Source of the DNA: the human T2T-CHM13v2.0 reference genome, Homo sapiens
Length of the DNA: 64,000 nucleotides
Assembly: GCF_009914755.1 (NCBI RefSeq)
Contig: NC_060947.1
Strand: one strand, 5' to 3'
The number at the start of each line of letters is the position of its first letter. Positions within the stretch are counted from its first letter, which is position 1. Shown here piece after piece: positions 53,340 through 64,000 of the stretch. The position numbers and the translations under genes were made by a program. The notes beneath the pieces are model-generated. The model ran no database searches and was not told the DNA's origin. It saw only the letters and a program-made list of their open reading frames with translations.

Positions 53340-53530
53340 ACAACAGCAGTAGGTGACATTTATTGTACATTAAGAGTCAGGCTGTATTCTAAGTTCTTTA
53401 CAGATATTATCTGATTTGATCCTTACAAACCCATGAGGAAGGGTGCTACTATGATTCCCATTTTAGAGATGAACAAAAACTGAGGCTCAGAAAGGTTAGT
53501 TCAAGTCACCCTACTAAGAGACAGTAAGGA
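53340..53530 (-). mobile_element. MIR
   Basis: 'attcccattttagagatgaacaaaaactgaggctcagaaaggttag'. Confidence 0.75.
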
Positions 53531-53704
53531 CTCCTGGAGATCTAGCTCCAGAAAACATTCATCTTAACCAGACACTTGAGGTTAGGACTATGATGAAAAA
53601 TTGTTAGAATAAACAGCATGAATGTGCAAGCCAAGTGTAGAATAGGTATATCAGGTGACCAAAAAGTGGAACTTTTTAATTTGCTTACAATCCCACCAAT
53701 CAAT

Positions 53705-55502
53705 AACAGGAAGATGTGGAGAAGTTTGGAACTTCCTAGAGATTTGTTGAGTGGCTTTGACCAAAATGCTGATAGTGATATGGACAATAAAGTCTCAGTT
53801 GAGGTGGTCTCACATGGAGATGAGGTACTTGTTGGGAACTGGAGCAAATGTGACTCTTGCTATGTTTTAGCAAAGAAACTGGTGACATTTTGCCCCTGCC
53901 CTAGAGATTTGTGGAACTTTGAACTTGAGAGAGATGATTTAGGGTATCTGGTAAAATAAATTTCTAAGCAGTAAAGCATTCAAGAGGAAGCAGAGCATAG
54001 AACTTTGGAAAATTCACAACCTGGCAATCAATAGAAAAGAAAAATCCATTTTCTGGGGAGAAATACAAAACTTTTTGCAGAAATTTCCATAAATAACAAG
54101 GAGCCAAATGTTAATTGCCAAGACAATAAAGAAAATGTCTCCAGGGCATGTCAGAGACCTTTCCTGCAGCTGCTCTCATCAGAGGACTATAGGCCTAGGA
54201 GGAAAAAATGGTTTCCTGGGCCAGGCCTGGGAGCCCCCTCCTGTATGTGGCCTAGGGACCTGGTGCTCTGCATCCCAGCCACTCCAGCGGTAGCTAAAAG
54301 AGGCCAAGGTACAGCTTGGGCCGTGGCTTTGGAGGGTACAAGAAGCTCCAAGCCTTGGCAGCTTCCATGTGGTGTTGAGCCTGTGGGTGCACAGAAGTCA
54401 AGAATTGAGGTTTGGGAAACTCTGCCTAGATTTCAGAGGATGTATGGAAACACCTCGGTGTCCAGGCAGAAGTTTCCTACAGGAATGGAGCCCACATGGA
54501 GAACCTCTGCTAGGGCACTGCAGAAGGAAAATGTGGGGTTGGATCCCCCAAAAAGAGTCCCCACTGGAGCACTGCCTAGTGGAGCTGTGAGAAGAGGGCC
54601 ACCGTCCTCCAGACCCTAGAATGGTAGATCTACAGACAGCTTGCACTGTGTACCTGGAAAAGCTGCAGCCACTCAACACCAGCCCATGAAAGCAGCCAGG
54701 AGGGAGGTTGCACCTTGCAAAGCCACAGGGACAGAGCTGCTGGATTCCATGGGAGCCCACCTTTTGCATCAGCATGACCTAGATGTGAGACATGGAGTCA
54801 AAGATCATTTTGGAGCTTTAAGATTTGACTGCCCCATTGGATTTTGGACTTGTGTGGGTCCTGTAGCCCCATTGTTTTCACCAATTTCTCCCATTTGGAA
54901 CAGGTATATTTACCCAATGACTGTACCTCCATTGTGCTTAGGAAGTAACTAAGTTGCTTTTGATTTTATAGGCTTATAGGTGGAAGGGACTTGCCTTATC
55001 TCAGATGAGACTTCGGACTGTGGACTTTTGAGTTAATGCTGAAATGAGTTAAGACTTTGGAGGACTGTTGCAAAGGCATAATTGATTTTGAAATGTAAGA
55101 ATATGAGATTTGGGAGGGGCTGTGAGTGGAATGGTATGGTTTGGCTGTGTCCCCACTGAAATCTCATCTTGAATTGTAGCTCCCATAATTACCATGTGTC
55201 ATGGGAGGGACCTGGTGGGAAGTAATTGAATAATGAGGGATTGGTCCTTCCCATGCTTTTCTCGTGATAGTGAATAAGTAAGTCCCATGAAATCTGATGG
55301 TTTTATAAACAGGAGTTCCTCTAAACAAGCTCTCTCTTACCTGCCACCATTTAAGATGTGACTTTGTTCCTCATTTGCCTTTCACCATGATTGTGAGGCC
55401 TCCCCAGCCACATGGAACTGTGAGTCCATTAAACCTATTTCCTTTATAAATTACCCAGTCTTCAGTTTGTCTTTATTAGCAGCATGAGAACAGGCTAATA
55501 TA
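53705..55502 (+). mobile_element. 5'-truncated THE1 MaLR: internal 53705-55131 plus 3' LTR (THE1B-type) 55132-55502
   Basis: ORF 53618 reads RKMWRSLELPRDLLSGFDQNAD. Polypurine tract 'gagatttgggaggggc'. LTR 'tggtatggtttggctgtgtcccc...gaacaggctaatata'. Confidence 0.92.
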
Positions 55503-56499
55503 ATCTGTGAGCAAGATTTGTGAGATGGGCAGAGATTTCTGTAGATACCTCAGACTCTCAACTCAGTCTACTTTCAGATGGGATCAACAAGGAAAAGTTC
55601 ATGCACTCTCTACCTGTAATTTTTTTGTCCTGGGGTCAAAGGGTAATAGCTAATTCGACAGTAGCAAAATCCAAAACCAGAAAAAGTGTCTACATCAGTT
55701 AGGGAGAAGTGAAGGGCTGCTGCTGGCTTTTGGCATAAAATAGAATGTGCCAGGCAGTGGGATCAAGATAAAAAGGAACCTGTCTGAATTTTCAAAACTC
55801 TGATGAGTGAAGATTTTCATTTAATAGAGATAAGCAGCAACCATTCACTGTAGGTATCATTCTCGCATCATTGTGTTTCCAAGGCAACTGGATTACCAGG
55901 GAGACCTGGGGAGTGTGTATTGCTCAGAAACTGTGTTATCAGGAGTGGCTCCGGCCCTTGCATGGACTTTGAAACCATAAAGAATATGGAATAGGTTTGT
56001 ATTTTCCTGAAGGCCTTCAACCAAGGTCTACATTCTCCAGTGCTCTGACTCAAATGGTTGGTCAGAAATAAATCAGCCTGGATAATGTTGTCCCCTTACT
56101 TAGAGCTACAACTTGCATTGGCACAAGAAGTTACTATTTTGGCTCAGGCTAATCTCCAGCACTGGCACTGGATAAATAAATGTAAGACCAGATGAGAAGA
56201 GATCAGACGCTCCCAGATGGACCAGGACGTCATCATTCATTGTCAGACCATCTTTTTCTTCCCCTTCTCTCCTCACCCAGCTTCAGGTCAAGAATTTCTG
56301 CTGTTGGATGCTTGACTGACTGCAGTGGGGGTAGAGATTGAGAAATTCTGCCTATCTCATGCTTTGGACCTGTCTCTTCCAAAACTAGTGTCCCTTCCTG
56401 AGCAGTAGAGGAAGTAGGGAGACACAGAAGGACATTAGACAGAGTGAACCAAGTATGTGAAGACACAGATTTCAGAAAAATATTCTAAAAGAATAGTGT

Positions 56500-56940
56500 G
56501 GCAGGAGAATACAGTAGAAGCAAAGAGACAGGTGTGAAATGAAGCTGGAAAGGTAGGCATTGGAGCTAGCCATTGGAGGGCTTTATGTATGGGAAGGAAA
56601 TGATCTAATTTGTTCTTTAAAAAGATGTCTTTGCTAGATGGAGAATGGATTGCATTAGGTAGAAGAGTGGAAGCTGGGAGACCAATTAGAAGTCATTTGC
56701 AGAAGTCTAGGCAGCAATTAACAGTGGCCTGGAAAGGGATGGTGTCAGTTGGCATGGTAAGAAGTGGGTGGATCAGAGAGATGTTTAAGGGGTACAATTG
56801 ATAGGACTTGGTGATATATTAGACGTAGTAAGCAAAAGAGGGTGGAAAGTCTAGAATAACTGCTATCTTTCTGGCCTAAGGAACTGGGTGGAAGGTAATG
56901 CAGCTTACTGAGATGGCCAAAACTTGGTAAGGGGTTTGAA
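56500..56940 (-). mobile_element. L2 fragment
   Basis: 'aagagtggaagctgggagaccaattagaag...aggacttggtgat...cttactgagatgg'. Confidence 0.75.
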
Positions 56941-57102
56941 GGGTTGTTTGTTATATCGGGAATGAACTTACAACTAACCCAAGTCTTTCATGTTTGTATT
57001 ATCATCAACAAGAAACATGTGGTCAATGTCCATGCAAAATGACTTTCTAAAATCACTTTGAAACATTTCTTCTGAGTCAATTATTACTAAAAACAGCAAA
57101 CC

Positions 57103-57440
<338 letters not shown>

Positions 57441-57939
57441 CTACATATTCTTCCCAAGTCCTTGTTCTGCAATTTTCTCTAACCTAAAGTTTATAACTCT
57501 TTCACCACTAAAACAACAGGACCCAATATTTCTCATTCTGGAGATAAACTGACTTTGACTTCTCAGCACAATCCTTCATCCATTCAGTCAATGTTTGAAA
57601 ACCTGCTTTGTGTCAGGATATCTCCTGGGCATTAGGGATATATAAAGATGATATGGGCCATCCTAACCATCCACCTAGCTATCCATCAGTCCATCCATTT
57701 CTTCCTTCAGTCACTCTTACTCCTCCATTCTATCATGTTTTATTGCCCAGACCCACCAAGGCAGAGAAGCTGTGGCTCACAGGCAGAAGTGGTTAATGAA
57801 TGCGGTGAGGGAAAATTGGAGAATGAGGCAGGAGAATGGAAGATTATCAAAACAAAATTAATTGCTTAGTAAAAAGCCGTAACCTAAGGGGTTCATTCAA
57901 CTCCAGTGAACTAATAACATCTTGTGTTTAGAGCATTGT

Positions 57940-58500
57940 GACAGTCACCCCATGTGTACTCTCAGCCCTTCCAATCCACTATCGCCACAGCAGCCAGAGG
58001 GATCTTTTAAATAGCTAAACCCACTTATCTTTCTCTCATGCTTAAAAGCTTCCAGTGATTTCCCACCACACCACAAATAAAATCCACATACCTTTTCATG
58101 GTCTTGCCAGGCCCTTATTACCTCTATGGTTTCTCCTATCACCAAAATTCTCCTAGGTCACTCTGCTGAAGGCTTCAGGCCTTTTTTCTGCTCTAAGAAG
58201 CCAAGATTTTCCCTAGTGATTGATCATGCTGGTTTTTTTTTTCTGCTTCAAATCTGTTCCTCCTGATTTTTGCAGGCCTGGCTCTTTCTCATCACTTAGG
58301 TTTCAATTGAGATGCCACCTCCCTAGGGAGACCTTCTGTGATGACATTATATATTTGTTCATTGTCTCCTCTAACAGAAAGTCCAGCATGATATCTATTC
58401 TTTTCACTACTGTAGTCCACATTCCTCCACAGGACCTGACCCAGAGTAGGTACTCAATACATATTTGTTAAATGAATGAAGACGTGAATGAATGGATGCC
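57940..58500 (+). mobile_element. L2 3' portion
   Basis: 'cacagcagccagagggatcttttaaa...cagagtaggtactcaatacatatttgttaaatgaatgaa'. Confidence 0.8.
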
Positions 58501-60049
58501 CCCCATCCCCACCCATTCATAGTTCCATCTAAGAGGTAGTTGTTAGTACTACACCTCCACTTCACTGATGTAAAGCCTAAAGAAGTGAAACAACTTGCCC
58601 ATAATTGGAACCTAGGTGTAAAGCTAATGGCAGGCAGAAGGTCTGCTTCCCCAGTCCTTCATGTCTGACAGAAAGGTTTTCAGTCAGGCTCCACCAAGCT
58701 CCCTTCTTTTCCCTTTCTCCGGCCAGCTCTGCCATTCCTCATGAGGCACAGAGGTTAGTAGCCAAATTCCACAGGACACTATGGACAAATTACCCAGACC
58801 CAGTAATGAATCCAGAGGGTGTTAGCCAGCATCCTCACAGTCATTTAGAATGAGAAGTTAGAATAAGCAGCTCATCACTTGCCTGCTCACTTCTGGTCAT
58901 GTAAGATGGCTGCATTATGCCCAGAGAAATTGGATAATCATGGAGAACTTAATCAAGTAAGTTATTTAGCCTCATGCAGCTAGTGGAAAAAAGGGTATAT
59001 GACCAAACGCAACTAAATCCAATAAAGTTAGTTTGTAAGTAAGGATGGAAACTTTCATCCTGGTGGGTAATTTTATTGTTGGGGTGAAACTGAATGGGAG
59101 TGACCAAATATTCAGTGCTGATGGCTGGACCATTCAGGCCAGCTCAGCCTCACACCCATACCTCATATACTCATGCTCCAGATGGTTAAATTCCCCAGAA
59201 CAGGGCCTGATTATAAGCTTAAAAGGGCCTAAACTAGAAAAAGGTTATGCCACTCTCTCATATGCAATTAAAATTAATGGTTTTGCTACTGTGTAAACCA
59301 TAAATTGAGCGTAATAATGTTCGACACAGTTCTGGTTTTGCCCATGGTGATAGCTACCTATGTGCTTTGTCTTTTAAATGTCTTTTTCTAAATTTAATTT
59401 TTAAATGTCATTTTTCTTTTTATTCCCTTTCTTCTTCCTTCCCTTCCTTCTTTCCTCCATTTCTCCCTCTATATCTGTGCCTCCCTATCTCTGTCTCTAT
59501 GTATCTGTCTCTGTCTCTCTCTCTTTATCTTTCCCCTTGCTGTCCTTACCCTGCTAAACTAGAGAAGGCTAACAGGTTTCAGTCCCCTCATTGTACCGAT
59601 GGAACTTGGCTGTGCTGTGATGGCAGTCAGTGGGAAACAGAGCCTGTATAAATTTGTTAAAGGCCCAATTATATACAGTCTTTAAAGAAAAGTAGACAAT
59701 TATTTTCATTACATAAAGCACATGGATTCTCACAGCAAATCAGACACAAAGTAGTAGCCTAGAGCCTTGATGCTGACTCTGATGCACAAATACGTCCTGT
59801 TAGCAATTAGCACATTAATTTGGTTCCAATGATGGCTATCAAAAGGCTTTGCCCCTTTGCAGGCTCTGCCAACGCTTTCCTCCCAGGGGAGGCCTAGCCC
59901 AGTCTAGGAGGCAGGAGCATTTGTGGATGTTCCATAGGAAGTTACTGTTATTCTGAGATATCTGCCTGCCCAGTCTACCTGCCTGACCTTTTGTTTAGCT
60001 GATAAGTGTAAACAGGCAAATAAGTTTGCTGAGCAACTTCTTAGCAGGG

Positions 60050-60790
<741 letters not shown>

Positions 60791-60842
60791 GCCCACTAAC
60801 AAGGTGAGTAGGGAATGCTCTCTTGGGGAAAGTCCTGGTTGA

Positions 60843-60993
60843 GAGCCTTGCTTCTCAAAGTGTAGCCCCCAGACCATCAGCATCAGGATACTTTGCAACA
60901 TCTCAGATCCCAACCCAGACCTACTGAGTCAAAATCTGCATTGAATAAGATCCCCAGGTGTTTCTTATGATGATTAAAATGTGAGAAGCACTG
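60843..60993. mobile_element. MER5-type hAT-Charlie DNA transposon MITE
   Basis: Inverted ends gcttctca...tgagaagcactg and core 'cccagacctactgagtcaaaatctgcatt...aagatccccaggtg'. Confidence 0.8.
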
Positions 60994-62489
60994 TGAGATT
61001 TGATAGAAGGAGAGTAATAACTAAAAGAAAACAGAGCGTTCATGATCTTCTGTCTATTACAGGAACGAGCCTAAAGGTCAGAACAGGTTCAAATGCTCAC
61101 GAAGAATGGGATACTCAGACTGTTCAGAGCAGCCTAGGAGAGCAGCTGGCTGACAGATTCCGCCTGGTCTCCCGATCATGTCTGTCCCATCAGGACCAAG
61201 CAGCGGGTGCCATGGCTGTGGGGTTTCACAGCCAATATAAAGCCAAGTGCCCTCAGAGCTGGCTCCTTGGCTGAAGTCGGCCAGCCAGTGACCAAAGCCA
61301 GCTTGTTACATCATCAAGCCAGTCTGTCCTAGAACTTTGCATCTGACTTGTTTAATCCAACTCTGATCCAAGTTCATAAAGAACACAAATCATTTCCACT
61401 AAATCCTCAGGTTTCTGTTAATTTGGCCAATGTCTTTTCTTATTGTATTCATATATTTTTAGAGAATGGAAGCAATTTTAGCTTAATTAATGCCATTATA
61501 CATAGGAAAAGCCACAGCCATTTCCAAGAGATTGAAAAAGTCACTATGCTCCAAATCACATGCATTTCTCAGTTGGTCCAGGAGACAAAAAAGTCTTCTT
61601 TCTAATTAGTCATTTGTGGTGCCTTTTCCATTTGAAAATATTATTTCCATTTAGTTCTCCTGGGTCCAAAGTATTAGCACCCCTTCTCCATCTCAAAAAG
61701 AATTGGAATTTTCCAAGTTCACTCATCCACTCTCTGCTGCCAACTTTTCCTGAGGCAGGCCTCCAGGAAGCTGTCAGCCAATGTCAATGAGCAGACAGAT
61801 GCGGAGAATTATCCAAAAGCTCAGATGCTGAAACCCCAGCTAAGTTACCCCCACCAGACCTCAGATCACATCCCCTGATCATGTGCCCCTATCCTTTGAA
61901 CTCAATCCCACTGAAGTCACTTCTCTTTGACCTCAGACAGTTCTTCGGCCACGGGGTGCATCCCTTTAATCCCAGTGCAGCAGGTTCCTTCAAGCCTCTG
62001 TTCCTTTCATCCCAAGCCAGTCCCCCAATACATGATGGATCAGTGGAACAACTTTGTCCCCAGAACTCTTGATCCTTGTGCATTTATCTCTTTCTCCTGC
62101 ATCCACTCAACAAAATCATATCCCTGGATGAACTAATAATCCATAATCCTATTTCTTTTCTTTTAGACCCAGCTCTGAGGCTAGCGGGGGCAAATCACAC
62201 AACCATGATTAGCCTCATTATAAATCAGGGTTTGTCCTCAACTGAGCAATCACTGCTGCAAGGGAATATTTTTCCATGGCCATAGTGACCTTCTCCTCCA
62301 GTTTTCATCCAGCAGATAAGGCTGGACAGTTAAGTTGTAAATGAGTGGCAAGCTCAAAAAGTCTTGTACGACTGCAAAGAAACTGGCCAGCAAGACTTCT
62401 CGAATGTTTACATTCACCAGTCACTAAAATAAACACTTTCTGCTTTCCTCAAGCCTCCTAAATATTGTCATGTTTCTTGCCTATAGAAA

Positions 62490-63810
62490 ACAACTTTGCT
62501 CTTACTTCCTTGAAAACATGGAGGCCATCAGAAATTAAATCTCTTAACTCCCTGACTCTGCCCTGCTATCGATGTATGAGTCTTCTCTGACCACTTCACC
62601 TCCAGGCTCAGAGGGGTCTCTCCTTCTGTTAAAGGTAAGCATTTCTCCCACACTCATACCCCTAAGTCCTTAATATGTCCCCTTCTGTCTCCTCATCGCT
62701 TTTTCCTTTTCTCTCCTGCTCCTTCATGCTCCTTTTCTCTAAGGTCTTCTCCAAACTTGAAAACACATTCAAATTGCTGCAGTATAAAAGAAAAAAAGAT
62801 TCTCATAATTATTTTTTAAAACTCATAAACCTATGGCCTATAGTTTTTCTTTTTAAATCCAGCTTTATTGATGTATAATTAGTGTACAGAAAAACTGCAC
62901 TACGGCACGTAATTAATGCATACAATTTGGTGAGTTTGGATATGCATATACAATCATGTTATCTTCCAACCACCATATCTTTCCCCCACTCCCTCCACCA
63001 CTGTCAAACTCTTGGAAAGAGACATGTATGCTTATTGTTTCCACCCCTTACCAACCTCCCACTTGCTTATTAATCTACTCTACTGCTCTGGCCTCTACTC
63101 ACTACTCCACAGAAAACCACTCACGTCAAGGTCAGCAATGACATCCAGATTGCTAAATCCATCATTAAGTCTCAGTCCTGTTTTTACTTGACCCCTTAGT
63201 AACACTGAAGACTGTTGGCCATGCCTTTCTGGAAACACTCTACTTCTTTGACTTACGATTTCTCTCCTCATTCTCTTTGGGGTTGCCACTTCTTTAACTA
63301 TCTGTCAAATATTACACAACCCAGGGTTCCTTTCTTAAGGCTATAACTTTTTCCCTGGACAGTCTTCTCCACTATCAAGGTTCCAACCACCACCTCTAAG
63401 CTCAAGACACTTCTCCCCACAAAAACTTTTACTTGGAGCTCATAGCTCTCCTGACTTCGTAATGCATATAACAAACTATCCACACAACATCTCTAACTGC
63501 ACATCCCACAGGCATTTCAAAGGCAGCAGAGCCAAACTGAACTCACCACCTCATCCTTACCCTACCCCATGCAACTTAACTGCTTCCCTGTGTTTCCTAT
63601 TTCAGTGAATGATTGCATCATCCTCACAGTCACCGATGTAGTGACTTTGGGAGTTATCCAACTAATCTCCATATCCTGCTGATTTTTGTTTGATTTACAT
63701 TTCTCAAGTCGATCCCTAGCTTTTCATCCCCATTGCCATTATATTAGTCTAGGTTCTCATTATTTTTTCTCTTAACTATTGCAACTACACCACAAGAAGT
63801 GGCCTACCAA
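62490..63810 (+). mobile_element. L2 internal/RT region, interrupted by a short antisense L1 3' end at about 62845-62970
   Basis: 'gtcaaggtcagcaatgacatccagattgctaaatcc...ccaaactgaactcacc'. The insert reads 'cagctttattgatgtataatt...tacaatttggtgagtttgga'. Confidence 0.7.
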
Positions 63811-64000
63811 GGTATGGGTTATTGATTGTAACATACTCATTTTAGTATCAGTGGCACTTTGGAGTCTGTAGGTAACTTAAAAGTAGAAAATGCAACTCTG
63901 ACTCACAGATTTGTTGGCCATGTTATTGATTTCGCTTTCTCTGGATGAATGTCATGGGAGCTTGGGCAATGTCTCCAATCTATCTCCAAAAGAGAAATTC

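Overview
This is primate, most likely human, non-coding genomic DNA, roughly two-thirds interspersed repeats. It is AT-rich and CpG-depleted, with no CpG island. I found no supportable host CDS, RNA gene or CRISPR array, and the ORF-track hits are decayed L1 ORF2, MaLR internal ORF, Alu or L2 frames, or chance. 1-13.6 kb and 22.5-26.9 kb are nested, mostly plus-strand L1 stacks (L1MC, L1ME, L1PB, L1MA and L1PA types). 28.5-35.7 kb is a minus-strand L1 stack with MLT1 and MST solo LTRs. 42.7-52.9 kb is a MER4-group ERV1 remnant carrying a complete THE1, two Alus and an L1PA, and a second, 5'-truncated THE1 lies at 53.7-55.5 kb. The rest is L2, MIR and MER5 relics plus unique islands. I see no evidence of a novel biological system. 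The most notable observations are local rearrangement scars. A 115-bp unique segment was copied 4.1 kb upstream into an old L1. One THE1 has discordant LTRs, no target-site duplication (TSD) and a roughly 400-bp loss of host MER4. One Alu has a recent 97-bp internal tandem duplication. Subfamily names are from memory of consensus sequences, and boundaries of old elements are approximate.
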